Below are positions 38,301 to 50,400 of a stretch of DNA of 64,000 nucleotides, in pieces. The DNA lies in the NCBI GenBank assembly GCA_002633005.1, contig NMRA01000053.1, positions 894,711-958,710 on the forward strand. Reading direction: 5' to 3'. This DNA is from Phoronis australis (taxonomy: Eukaryota; Animalia; Phoronida). The notes below the pieces were generated by a model that had not been told where the DNA came from, made no database searches, and saw nothing but the letters and a program-made list of their open reading frames with translations. Position numbers and translations under genes: made by a program. The stretch's first letter is position 1, and each line of letters begins with the position of its first letter.

Positions 38301-41300
38301 TGGCAATTTTAGTTTTTTTACGCTTACCTTTGTATTTTCAAAAGTCCTGAACGGATTTTCATGAAATTTGGTATGTAGGCACCTATTAGTGAGATGACGC
38401 TATCCTGCCGTTTTCAGATGGATTCGACATAGTTTGCGCCACCTAGTGGCCATGTTTAGTGTTTTCNNNNNNNNNNNNNNNNNNNNNNNNNNNNNNNNNN
38501 NNNNNNNNNNNNNNNNNNNNNNNNNNNNNNNNNNNNNNNNNNNNNNNNNNNNNNNNNNNNNNNNNNNNNNNNNNNNNNNNNNNNNNNNNNNNNNNNNNNN
38601 NNNNNNNNNNNNNNNNNNNNNNNNNNNNNNNNNNNNNNNNNNNNNNNNNNNNNNNNNNNNNNNNNNNNNNNNNNNNNNNNNNNNNNNNNNNNNNNNNNNN
38701 NNNNNNNNNNNNNNNNNNNNNNNNNNNNNNNNNNNNNNNNNNNNNNNNNNNNNNNNNNNNNNNNNNNNNNNNNNNNNNNNNNNNNNNNNNNNNNNNNNNN
38801 NNNNAGTAGAAATTTGTTTCTGGCATTCTAATGCTGTGCTAATCTCGTATGTTGGTAAATTTGTTTTTAATTCTATGTTTCTGTGGTGCTTTAAGCAACT
38901 GGTGTATAGGATGTGCTTGTATTATGAAGATTACTCACATTTTGCCCCTAGCCTATTGAGGAGACAATGACCATGCCTTTCCATTTTGCTAAGTACAACA
39001 TACTACATATATGCTCTTTACTGGCCACTTTATGGTACCAATAAACAACCCTAGAAGGATACCGTATGCGGTGCAATTGTGGGCGCATTTCAACGCTCTG
39101 CGTTGCTCTTGTTATGATTTAAATAAACACCCCTAGAAGCACACCGTTTGCAGTGCATTCGTGGGCGCATTTCAATGCTCTGTGTTGCTCTTGTTATTCA
39201 AGCTGCCATGTCGACAGTCGCAAGGCAGTGCTGCATCGCCCTGTGACTTCAGCACAGTTTTCTGTAAAATGATCGAAATTTAACAACGAAATTTGATGGC
39301 AATTCTCCACAGTTTTGTAGAAAGTTTGACATAGGTTACAGATATTTTACATAGCGTTAATTTGATGAGTCCCTGATTCTGGTTGCACCCATTTTGGAGT
39401 CCGGGTTTCAACCCCCCCCTCCCAAAACGTATTTTTTAAGCTCCATAGGCGCCTTATTAGGGCGAATACGGTACTGTGTCTTAGTAAAGCGAACTATGTT
39501 TAATGTTGGTAAAATCAGTCTCTGATTTGATGCTGAGAGTTCAAGTACCAAGCCAGCCAAAGTTTTAAACCTGGCGCGCCAATTTTTATTAAACTTAACG
39601 CGCTTTCTCCAAACTCGACGCGGCAAAATCCAAAACTCGTTACCGCGAGAAGTCAAAAGCGGTTGTTGAGAACACTGCATATGACTTGCTCAGCATGCTC
39701 TTGGCAGCATTTACTTGGTGATAACTACACAAATATCAGGAATATACTTTGGAGCGGTGACGTTTTTTTATGAAGTTTCCGCAGTTAAACCGTTATCACT
39801 TGATCATTGTGGTTGTTGTGCATGGTTCATTACATTGTAGATCTTCATACATGTCACACAGGTAAGCAGTTTTTTCTAGACTGGGTAAGAAGTCTTGTGC
39901 GAATCTTGATCTGTTTCCTTATGTCTTCAGGAGGTCGAGGAGGCCGCGGTGGTCGTGGCGGTGGCGGTGGCCGTGGTGATTTCTACAATGACCGGTTTAA
40001 CGGTGGTGGTGGAGGTGGTTTCGGTAAGTATTGATGATTAGGTAACGAGCTGTGATTGTTTTTGTCATTTTTGGACAGATCATCGGATGGATTCCACAGA
40101 TTTAAGGATGCTTTTTCTACACTCATTCAGCTGGGTAATCTAGTTTTTCTTTTATTACTGCAATGCTAGGAAGTGCTTGTAATAAAGTTTGGTGTGTCTC
40201 ATTATAATCGTGAATTTTTTAAGTTCAGAGCAAGTGCCACTTAGTAACTCTCTGGAGAACTGTGTGTGCAAGTACAATGGGGGAAAAGAAGGAATTTCTG
40301 AACAAATTGCAGTTTTGAAGAAAACTGGTACACTTAAAAACAAGTTTGAAAGTAAAAAAATCCCCAGTAATTCCAAATGTTACGCAATCGTTATTTGATA
40401 CCGAAATGTGCTAGTGATAAAAACTGTGCCTTGTTTGATTCGTGCAACAAAAATGCTCATTTTCACAAAACGAGACTTTGGCTCGATTCTAATGGTCACT
40501 AGTTCTCCGATGGTTTCTGGCACCCTGGATGACCCGGGGTTTTTGTGAATCAGTACTTCATTTCCATATTCACAATTTAACAAGACTATACATTATTTTT
40601 AAGCTAAGCAACGAGCAGACTGTGTTTGTGTTTTGATTTTCTTAGGAAAAAAAATTTAAAGAGATCAGTGCGAGTGCAGTTAATAGTTTAAATCATTGCA
40701 GCACCAGTCATAACAAGACTTGTTAGGCTTTAGGTGATGTATAACAATTAAGCTAATAAAATCAGTCACATTGCTCAGGAATTAGGTTAGCTGTTACTTA
40801 AGTTTAAATGAAGAATATTGTACACAAGTCAAACTTTGGTAGGTTAATTATGATTATTTAAAATGTGACCATCTTAAGTACCTTAATCACCAGCTAGGTG
40901 TCTGTATACAACTTGCCTTTAGATTTATTTTGGTGTAGAGATATGGAGACACAATCTGGCATTTTTTGTTAGTTTTATTAACTAAAGACCAGTTTTTGTG
41001 AAAACTTGCTACATTCCTAGATATATTCCTAGTCACTAGGGTACACAGACATCGGAAAGGATTAGGCATTTTAGTAGCAGCAGTTAGGTATTATGTATTC
41101 TGTTCTTGAAAAAAAAATAAAGAGTCTACGGTGTAGTTTAAATTGCTGCTAAATAAAGGTAAATTCAGTATTTCAGGCATCGTGGACTTAATCCACGTTC
41201 CTCATGGTTTTCTCTTCTCAGGTGACACAGGTGGCAATATCAAAGGTCCTGGTGGAAGGGGTGGCCGAGGTGGCCCTTTTGGAGGTAGAGGGGGTCGTGG

Positions 41301-44300
41301 GGGTTATAACAACCAGGGCCCTATGGGAAGAGGCAACATGGGCCCTCCAGTGGGTGGATTTGGCGATGGGGGGAATCCCAACTTTAACCAAGGTCCTGGG
41401 AACTTTAATCCACAGTCAAATTTCAACAGTGGCTCCAATCAAAATTTTGGTGGTCCTCACAATCAGTCCGGGGGCAATTTTGGTGGTCCACAGGCCAACT
41501 TTGGAGGCCCTCAACAACAGCCGCCACAGCAGAATTTTGGAAATCAGGGCGGCAACTATGCAGGGCAAGGTGGAAATTTTAGTGCCCCGGCTGGAGGCTT
41601 TGGCAATCAGCCGGGTAACTTTGGTGGCGGCACTCAAGGGGGGAACTTTGGAAATCAACCTGGCGGTTTTGGGAACCAAGGTCAGACTATGCCCAGCCAA
41701 GCTGGATTTGCTGGTCCTCAGACGCAGCAGCAACAGCCTGGCATGGCTCAGCCTACTGCAATGGGCATGGGTCAGACTTACCCTCAGCAACAGCAGCAGC
41801 AGCAGCCTCCAGTGGCTGCGGCCAACTACGGGGTTCAGCAGGGTTACCAGGCGGGCGGCCAGGGCTACCAAGCCAATCAGCCGATGCAGCAGACACAGCC
41901 AGCTCAGCCACAAGCTGCTCAGCAACAGGTGTACCCCAACCAGAACAATAACAGTAACTACCAAGTGCCGGCTGCCACGCAGCAGCCCAGCCAGGCACAA
42001 CAAGGTTGGTACCCAAGGCGGGTAGTGTTTAGGTAGTGCTGGGCTGAGTCACGGTTGTCGTGGCTACTAATACTAATGATCTTGTCTACCCAGACTTCTT
42101 GATGCAGGCGTCAAAAGTGGAGCAGGTTACCAATAATGGTGTATGTCGGCAGTTTTAAAAAGCCTTCAGAACAATGACTTGGGTTTCTCTGTTTGTTTGG
42201 GCATCTAGGTGTTGTAAGAATCAAAAGCTGTTAGATATGATGGTTCTAACATATTGTTATACAGTGTCATTGAACTTAGAATTAGGTGTTTGATATCTAA
42301 GTGTATATTTAAGTGGGCAGAGTCTTAAAATGATAAAATGTGGTTATAATGTGTGAAGGTCATGTTTAGGTTTAGGATATTTTCAATGCTTCACTGTATT
42401 ATGTTTTCTATTTTAAGTCTGCTGTATTCAAATTCATTCATATGTTATGGCTATTTCCTTAAATGACTTATTAGGAATGGAGTTCCATTCCAATCAATTA
42501 AGCATGGCACTGATGTGAATCATTCTTTCATTTGGCTTAACCTTAATAGACGGTGGTTTCTTTGAATTGTTAGATTAGGCAAGTGCATTGGGATGTACGC
42601 TGATCATACTGATGACCTACTAGATGACTGTTTCCCTTATAACTAGTACGTCGTTTCGTAAAAGCCCAAAAGCATTTTGAACCTGTATCACTTGCTTGTG
42701 GTCATTAAGTCTGGGTGACATGGCGGAATCTTGATGTGGTGAACCCCATAGTGGGGAATCGTAAGTTCAAATGCACGTTTGAGTTAGAAGAACGATTGCT
42801 TGCATGGTTGTTTACAGAGTCACTTTCAAGTAGCACAGACTAGTACAAGATGACGAGGCACCAGGTAATATTGGGTTGTTCTTTAAAAACCTCAGGGATA
42901 AGGTGTACACAAGATCCACCGATTCCCCACTGTGATAGTTTGTATGTGCTTAAGACTTGAACTCTGAGGTAATCATAACAGTTGTACGTTATCAAGTAAG
43001 GGTTTGCTTTTGACGTGAAAATGTGAATGTACATTGGTAGGATTTTAGTCCAGCAGAAAATATGACCAAATGGTGCCTCTTTGGATGATTATAGTTTATT
43101 TATGTGTCTTCAGACATTAATTCCTACTACAGAGTTTTCATTAAAAACTAGGCTGGAATATGTAACGATTGCTTGATGAGTGGTCAGGGTTTTGGTTGGC
43201 TGAGAACATGGGCTGTGTATTTATGGTCCTTTTTCAAGTGTGTAGTGTTCCACTGCAGTATAAATACCATGTCTGTCTTGCAGGCAGCTACAACCAAGGA
43301 GGAGGCTACAACCAGGGTGGTGGCTACAACCAAGGATACAACCAGGGTGGTGGTTATAACCAGGGTGGTGGTTATAACCAGGGCGGTGGTTATAACCAAG
43401 GCGGTGGATATAATTCAGGGGGTGGCTACTCTGGTGGTGGTGGTGATGGCTACAGTGGTGGTGGATATGGTCAGAGCAACTACAACCAGGGTGAGTACCT
43501 GCTACCCAGAGCTATAGACCTAATTCACGCGGCGGACATTAAAATCCAAAGTGAGGCTCACTGCAATAAACAAAGTGGAAGTTGACATTGCGTGAGTTAA
43601 ATGGCTGGTCTTTGGAGTCCAACTTGAATATTAAATCTTTAAAATGTGTCGATAATTAACCACAGAGACGTAGAAAAATACATTTGAGAACAAGTCGATG
43701 CACCAAGGAGTTGTCAGACGAAAAGGTATACCGTATTCGCCGTAATAAGCGCCCATGCCCCTATAAGCGCCCCCCCCCACGCCCAGTCCATGAACGAGTA
43801 CATGTGAACAATGACGTACCTTCAGTCCTAAAACTCGGCTACAGTAACGTCTTCAATTTATCAAAAAAGTTTAGCATGGATCGTCTAGACCACCAGCGGC
43901 ACTGCTACGTTTGTATTTAACCGTGACTATACACATCAAAAAGAACGCAACAGCGTTGCTAATTTCGCGACGACCGTGTACCACTATGGTCTGACCTTTC
44001 AGTAGACACATCGACTGTCTCATGAATAAAAATAACTCGGTGTTGAACGCACGTGGCCAGAAAGCGCGCGCTACATACATGAACCTCATCAAAGACATTA
44101 GTCGGGAACTATCCATTCATGAAACGGGTAGCATAGCATCGGTAAGAAATGAATATTGGCCCTAATTTCCGACTAATACTATAAATCATGTTTGCTTTAT
44201 TTTTTAGATGGATTGTTTGATTAACCATAATTGGTATTTTTATGCCGAATATCCGATAAAATGACAACTGACAGTGAATGCTTACACACCCTTACACCGA

Positions 44301-46424
44301 AAAATAAGATAGTTACGTACGCATCCAGCTACACGGCGACTAATATGGGCCTTACCGAAACAAATGTCGAATGTTTTTAGCACGAGACCGGCAAGTGCTG
44401 AATGAAACACGCTCTGGTGTAGGCCTACTGTTTGTGCAAATTTCTTAAGACGCAATGCACATCTAGCTCGTTAGATTGCGTGGCTCTGGCCAAAAGACGG
44501 TCTCTGCTTTGGCAAATGAACTTTGGTTACACGCACGCGCTCGCTTACTCGCAGACAAACTTCAAAACAAATGTCACGTGACAACAACGTGTGTTCGTCC
44601 AGACATTTTTCTCGCCGTGTTGCCGATCATACATGTATTATAGATGGCGCGATGTTGTGCAGATTTGTACTTAAAACTGCCGTAAATCCAGACTCCACGG
44701 GAACTTGAAAAAAGTCTTAGGGACGCTACTTAAAAAACTTAATGAGGATTTCAGGTAATTTTCCTGAGTCGAAACTGTTTTTATTCAAGCATTGAAGTCG
44801 CCATATCGAAGACGGCGATTTTGAGGCAGTCAGTCGGCGAGTTTTCGCCCTGGGATTTCAGCACAACTTTCTGTAAAATGATCATAATTTAGCAGCAAAG
44901 TTTGATAGCAATGCACCACAGTTTTGTTGGAAGTCTTTCATAGATTACAAATACGTCACAGAACGTAAATTTGATGACTCTTAGCTTCCGATTTCACCCA
45001 TTTCATAGACGGGGTTTCAACCGCCTTGGGTTATAATAAGCGCCCCCCCCCTGAACCGAACTTTTCTAAGCGCCCTGGGCGGTTATTACGGTGAATATGG
45101 TAAGTTTGTTTCGGAAAGCAAGGTTTGCTCTATACATAACAATAAGCAGCTGATGCAAATACGGCATGAAAAAAATGGCCGTCTATGTAACTGCAAATGA
45201 TAATTCTGCCTTGCCTCAAGTTTGCGGCAGCACAGTGATTGGAAGTGACTCTGGTTAACCAAGAACAAGTTGCCCTACCTTAGTGAGGTGGGGTAAGTTG
45301 TCACAAGTGGGACAGTTTGCACTAGATAAAAAAATTCCATACAGCCCTTAAGCCTAGCGACAACTTGTTCCACAGGAGTAACTTGTTTTAGGAAGTCTGT
45401 GTGTGTTCGCGGCACTTTGGACTACTGAAAGAATTGATTGTTATGATACATGCTTAAAAATTTATGTTCTGCGTGCTTTACAACCTTGACGGCAATTAGC
45501 AAATCACAGCCAATGCTCAACATAACTGGGCCTAAGTTAAATTTGAGTTTGGTGTGGAGCTAATAATCACCTTGATCACAAAAACGTTTCAGTACTGCAA
45601 GTCTCAAATTCACTAACAGTGCCTCTCCTACATATGTTTCTTCACTTCAAGTCGTGTGTCTTGGTACCGTGCGTGCAGCAGTGTCGTGTTAGCAGTGCCA
45701 CCTGTTGACAGTAAAGCACTCGGTCATGTGGGTAGCTTTTGCAAGGTCGTCCTGGAAGTCCTTGTTATTTACCAACACCTTTACAACTGAGTGGTGGTGA
45801 AACTTGAAAGTGTCGTGCGACAAAAACAACACAGCCACAAAAATGTCCTTGTATTAATGTTTTGTTCATTTTCAGTATTGGGAATGCTCATACATTTACT
45901 ATTTGATTTTTCCCAACGTATTGAGTTATGAAATAATTCTGTTGTTAGTGTATCAGTTGGTCTTCATACTCTTTGCGTTGTGGTCAGGTAAATATTTTTA
46001 CTTATGGAACCAATTTTAGTTGAAATCAGTTTTTAGCCGCTTTTGAACTTCAGGCGTTTGACGGTGACACTCGTGTGTCTCAATGTTCACTCTCCATATT
46101 GTAGGTGGTGGCCAGTGGCAGAATGATGGCTTTGGCAGCTATAACCAGCAGGGTTACAGTGGGGGTCCAGTGAAACAACAACAGAGCTACAGTAAGAACA
46201 CCTTAAGTACACCTCTTGCAGCAAAATTTTCTAGTGTCCAAAGTTATTTGTTGAATAAATATCGTCGTCCTCAGTGCCTCGTTCACTCCGGTGGTGTTTG
46301 CTGAAAAGTTGTTAACTTAGTGTTTAATAGTGCGGTGTTGATATTTGCTCAAGATCTTACATGATGCATTTCAGGTGGTGGTGGTGGCGGTGGCGGCTAT
46401 GGAGGAGGCTACAACAGGCGGTAG
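26371..46424 (+). CDS. hnRNPA1-like: hnRNP A/B-family RNA-binding protein, paralog 2 (complete; 2 RRMs plus G/N/Q/Y-rich low-complexity tail; 620 aa, or 359 aa if the 783-nt exon is skipped)
   Basis: Exons 26371-26385, 33691-33951, 34485-34692, 34886-35044, 39931-40023, 41222-42004, 43284-43490, 46105-46191, 46375-46424 total 1863 nt and are in frame. RRM1 [17 protein letters not shown], linker [23 protein letters not shown]2 [14 protein letters not shown]: typical UP1 architecture. Confidence 0.9.
26751..28645. repeat. ~1.9-kb imperfect palindrome (fold-back)
   Basis: Inner arms 27452-27835 / 27957-28340 are near-perfect reverse complements; outer arms ~26751-27025 / ~28360-28645 are more diverged. 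Confidence 0.85.
28761..28876. repeat. 116-bp palindromic hairpin/MITE
   Basis: CACTAGTCGGGTACAATGG.. / ..CCATTATATCCGACTAGTG; centre CTGAATAATGGCCGTTATTCAG. Confidence 0.7.
29040..29490. repeat. degenerate inverted repeat element
   Basis: AATTATGCCTCACACTGA..TAAGTACCTTTTG..AATTCCTTCCA versus its reverse complement at 29375-29490. Confidence 0.5.
30932..31452. mobile_element. family A MITE
   Basis: TIR CAGGGCTTGGAAT; 6-bp TSD TGACAT. Confidence 0.82.
31682..33044 (-). mobile_element. hAT deletion derivative with TTF-type zinc-finger (ZNF862-like) remnant
   Basis: TIR CAGGGCTCAACA.TAAC / GTTAGTGTTGAGCCCCG; 5-bp TSD GACAT; minus ~32420-32590 [42 protein letters not shown]. Confidence 0.78.
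33691..33951 (+). CDS. paralog 2 RRM1 exon
   Basis: taattttcag|AAAATGGAC ... AAAAGT|gtaagt. Confidence 0.93.
34485..34692 (+). CDS. paralog 2 RRM2 exon
   Basis: tttgtgcag|GAA ... TACT|gtaagc. Confidence 0.93.
34886..35044 (+). CDS. paralog 2 exon: RRM2 C-terminus and start of RGG
   Basis: gttacacag|TG ... ATGG|gtgagt. Confidence 0.9.
35129..36487 (+). mobile_element. Kolobok-like non-autonomous element with THAP remnant and ~310-bp inverted arms
   Basis: TTAA|AGGCGAAGGCAAC ... GTTGCCTTCGCCT|TTAA; frameshifted THAP ([35 protein letters not shown]), then [23 protein letters not shown]. Confidence 0.82.
36497..38016. mobile_element. long member of family A
   Basis: CAAGGCTTGGAAT ... GGTCATTCCAAGCCCTG; 5' part homologous to 605-800. 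Confidence 0.65.
38096..39195 (+). mobile_element. HINE/DINE-like Helentron repeat spanning the assembly gap
   Basis: 5' GCCCACATATTTATATGTGGAC hairpin, (GTCC)n microsatellite, internal units, duplicated 3' end. Confidence 0.65.
39196..39677. mobile_element. right part of a family B element (same position as 4572-7230 in paralog 1)
   Basis: Homologous to 6750-7230; ends GAGAACACTG; same downstream intron sequence. Confidence 0.65.
39931..40023 (+). CDS. paralog 2 RGG-box exon
   Basis: gtcttcag|GA ... TTCG|gtaagt. Confidence 0.88.
41222..42004 (+). CDS. paralog 2 large prion-like exon (261 codons; RGG, NFGG repeats, poly-Q)
   Basis: tctcttctcag|GT ... CAAG|gttggt; open frame; phase 1/1 (symmetric). 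Confidence 0.85.
43284..43490 (+). CDS. paralog 2 (YNQGGG)n exon
   Basis: gtcttgcag|GC ... CAGG|gtgagt; 207 nt. Confidence 0.9.
43731..45100. mobile_element. Tc1/mariner (pogo/Tigger-like) non-autonomous element
   Basis: TA|CCGTATTCGCCGTAATAAGCGCCCA ... TGGGCGGTTATTACGGTGAATATGG|TA; body homologous to 4740-7023 and 10240-11288. Confidence 0.8.
46105..46191 (+). CDS. paralog 2 M9-like exon
   Basis: catattgtag|GT ... TACA|gtaaga; 87 nt. Confidence 0.88.
46375..46424 (+). CDS. paralog 2 last coding exon
   Basis: gcatttcag|GT; TAG at 46422-46424; donor at 46462/46463, 38 nt after the stop. Confidence 0.88.
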
Positions 46425-46697
46425 ACCTTTGGTTTCCACTCCATATTACAGTCCCTGTTTTGGTAAGTGTAAGCTTATTTTGATCACAAAATTTTCATCC
46501 TACACCATAAGCAGTTGTTCGTTTAAAGACTGTCGCAGCTAAAGTGAATTGCCAGTGTTTAATGTAAAATTTTAATGCATTATTTTAAATATTCTGTTGA
46601 GTTATTCAATACTGAATTGCATATATGCTATGAATTGCATTTAGCCGTTGTGTATACCATGAGATTAATTGATTTTTTTATTTTATTACACATCTAG

Positions 46698-47125
46698 GTA
46701 AACACTTATAGTTATAAGTTAAGAGCAGTGAGGCGAATTTATAGCTATGAGTCGGGGAGTACCACAGTCTGTACTTAGCCACAGCCAGTTTCAAACGTTA
46801 CCCAGCAAGCAATAGTGACTATGGAATACGTCTAGATATAGGAAGCTGGCAGAGGACATAGCATTAGACCGAGGTTATGAAAGAGGCCGTCCTAGATTTA
46901 TGTTAAACGTGGTTGCCTGTCACTATCATCGTACTAGTGTTTTTGAAACTGACTGTAATACAGTGAGTTAAGAGACTCTGCTGATTCTCGGCGACACCCA
47001 TCATCCAATCAGAAGTTGCTTCGGTTTTAGTGAGAATAGTTGTAATTTTATCTGTGTATGTGTGTTGCTCTTTTCCAACCGAAAAGTCCGGAATTTTTAT
47101 TATATTTTCTTGTATGTAAAATAAA
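46698..47125 (+). other. paralog 2 proximal 3'-UTR terminal exon with poly(A) signal
   Basis: acceptor ...acacatctag| at 46697; AATAAA at 47120-47125. Confidence 0.7.
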
Positions 47126-47497
47126 GTGAATTGTCTTTGTACTGTCTAGTTTATTGTTTCTGATTATTCAGTTGACTATCGAAAAGTATTGCATATTCTC
47201 AGTGACATTTACTCTAATATATTGGATTTGAAAATGAACTATATACTCATTTTTTTGACTGATATATATACAGATAAACTTGATTTTACCATGAGAAAGC
47301 TTTACCTTTAGGAGACCAATTACTCTTCCCAGTTTTTCATTGATACTATTTTCCTGTGCTTTGATTGGCACCAACTTGCAAATGGTTGTGCCTAAAATGA
47401 TGTGTTTAATGAGGGAGGCTCTTGTCATGACACTTGTATGAACACTAGCCTTTAGCGGAGACGTGCTGGCCATAGGCCGACTGAGTTATCTTTCTAG

Positions 47498-50400
47498 GAG
47501 TTGGTATATGAAGTCATTGCTTAAGTACATGACAGTAGCTCAGAGTTCAGGTAAATATCGTATTCCTTTGTGATATTATATTTCTCTTTGTTTACGTGTT
47601 TATTGCCTTATGTAATAGCAATGAATGGTAATTAGTACCACTTAGTTCATTCAAAGTTGCTTAAATACTAATTTCATGAATGTGTCATGCATTTTCATCG
47701 CAATCCTGATAATATTAAGAGTTAAGTGTGGTGCTGAGTTCAGACGTTTGGGATTTGAGTTTTGTGTCGTGGTTTTCACCTGATGTCCTGTCCATTCCTA
47801 GGAGTTTTTTTCTGGAGAGATTTCTAAGAATCTTTTAGAGCAAGGTCCTTTTTGGTAAAAGACGGGCATTGTAGTAAAACTAGTTTAATCCACTTAATTT
47901 ATTGGGGTTACATGGCATCAGTATGGTTGGTATTTTGCTGCTGATTCATTCAGGCCTCTGGATTTTATTTTTTTAGGAACTGTGGGTTTCCAGCATTAAT
48001 GAAAAGGGCCTTAGAAAATGATTTCGGGTTGGAAAAGTTTTTGTCCAGCTGATATTTTCTAGTTGAAGCTTTGAATAATCGGAATTTCTGCTGACGAATA
48101 TTTAAATAGAGTGTTCAGACATCATATTGTTGTGTGAGCTTTTGTCTCGTTCGAATGACTGTTTGAATGAAAATCACCCAGCTCGCCTGGTCCTTTAACA
48201 AGTGTTTCTTTGCAAAGGTTTTGCCTCACAAATCAGTTGCAGTAGAAATTCTTTAATTCTGGACGAAGGCAATTGTTTAAATTTGGATTTAACAGATAGC
48301 AACAATGCTGATGAGGCAGTTTTTTCTCGTTTATTTTTGTCGAGGAAGTTGGCAATTTAAGCTTTTCCACGAGGTTGTGTTCCAAGAATTCAAACCATCT
48401 GGATTGATAGCATTAGGATTGATGAAAGGGATTATCCCATCTGACTCGATTAAATCCAAGTTGACTATGTTATCTATGGACTCCTTTCTGTCAGTTGTGT
48501 TATCATGTTTCACTGGTGTTATAAACCGAATCAAAGGTTTGGCCTCAAAACAATAGTGTTCAAAGGTAGCACTGCATGGTCTAATACCTTAGGTGAGCTG
48601 AAGGGGAACTGTGATTTAGCATTTTCAAATTCAAAAGACTGCATGGAAGTTTGAGTATTGAAAATTTTCATTGGTCTGTGTAGTGTGGGTTCATGTGTAA
48701 ATTGTATTGCTTTGTATACAGTTACAGTGTTGACTGGATGAATCTGATGCCTGAGCAGAAACTGACTGATCACAATGATTAAGTGCAGGTAAGAAAAATG
48801 CATGGTCTTGCGTACTTTAAGGTTACAAGGAGGTCATTTTTGTACTAAAATCCTGTGTTCATCCTTGACCAGTCACGTATGGCAACTCGTTCATTTGTTA
48901 GGTCAGAACTGATCACTGCTTGGATAGCTGTCGTAGACAGTGAGTGCGCAAGACTACCCTGGCACTTGTAACACCTTCAGAGATTAGGAGACGTATTTAG
49001 CCTTGCTTTTATAGCTAACAAATTTCGACTATTGCACGTTCAGACTTCACTTATAATTCGAGATAGGAACAGGTGCATAGCTAATGTGTTGTCCATGGAA
49101 TGCAGTCCTGGTTGTTCAAATTTGTTCTGACGGAAATGAGTGTCTAACGTGACCTCACTATCACTCCTAAGTGGGAACTTTTATTTGGACTACTTAACTA
49201 AAATTGGGTTTGATCTGTAAGTTCTTAAGCACAAGAGAAGTGATTTTTGGTTTCACGAAGAACCAGCAGTTGGGTATTCCTTGTGACTATGTTCAGAGCA
49301 TAAAATGAGCATGCTGACCAGGGCTTGGAATTCTATTTTAATGGGATTTCCTCTTGGTTTTGATTTCCTCATTTGATAACCTGTTTCCTCAATCCTCTTT
49401 TCTTTTCTTGTATCATTAGTTTCCAAGCCACCATGTTACTTGGCAAACAACACCTTGTTGGTGACTTTTCAGGGGGGGGGTTGAAGCTTGCGATAGGTCA
49501 ATCATTTGATGAAACCCACTGCATAGGTTACATGCAGAAAATTTTGTCTCTGCACGTGATACGCGAATCTCCTGGTTCTGAGGCTGTGTGTCGGACCAAA
49601 GACACTCTGGAAGAGCTAGTGTGATCACTGGTTTCCATAATGTATGACTACATCTCTACTGGAGATAATTTATTGTCTTCGGAAAATTCGACTTGCTGTA
49701 AAAACCATTCTGTACAATTTCCCTCCACAAAAGGGATCCATTGCATTAATGAGCAGGGTTCACACAGCTACTTCTAAAAGTATGTCCTACTTTTCCTACT
49801 GTTTCTTTATATTCCTACTTGAAAATTGTGTGAAAGAAAAGTTCCTACTTAAAGTTTTTCTTACTTCCTTCATCACTGACTCCATAATCGTGAGCTACAA
49901 GTAGAAATTGTTACATGTAGGACTTAGATAAAAGATATCACTTAAAGGTGCATTTTGTCTCATTGGAATTTTATAAATAGTTATTAATCAAAAATGCCTT
50001 CATTGCTAGTCCAAAGTGAGATCAACCTTTTGCAAAAAAATCGTGAAAATTACATACTCAAACATCAAACAAAAGCTCAAGAATTGACTTGAAATGATAA
50101 ATGAAGCTAACAAGAGAGGGGTAGTCTTTCAATGCATGTCAGCCTGTTTTCCGTGTTTCTGCACTTCAATTATTGACATCTGCAAAGTACAGTGAATGTT
50201 GACGACATCTGGGTGCAGTGCCGCTGAATGAGGTTATGCATAAATGAATGCGCAGATTTAGTCGTAAACCTCTGCTGTTACTTTCCATTGGGTTTAAAAG
50301 TAGGTTATTCATAGACAAGTAATAAATACTTGTTTTATTCGTTTTCCAGTCTGATATGAGCGAGTGACAGTTGGAACTGTGCCGCAGATGACTGCCTCTG

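Noticed and set aside
38434-38970. Long ORFs in the ORF track
   Set aside because: They run through the 338-N gap
41204-42025. Overlapping alternative-frame and antisense ORFs over the G/Q-rich exon (also over the YNQGGG exons)
   Set aside because: Shadow ORFs from low-complexity codon usage
46273-46292. Coding micro-exon in the conserved block before the last coding exon
   Set aside because: Candidate lengths (16 or 19 nt) break the frame and the donors are weak
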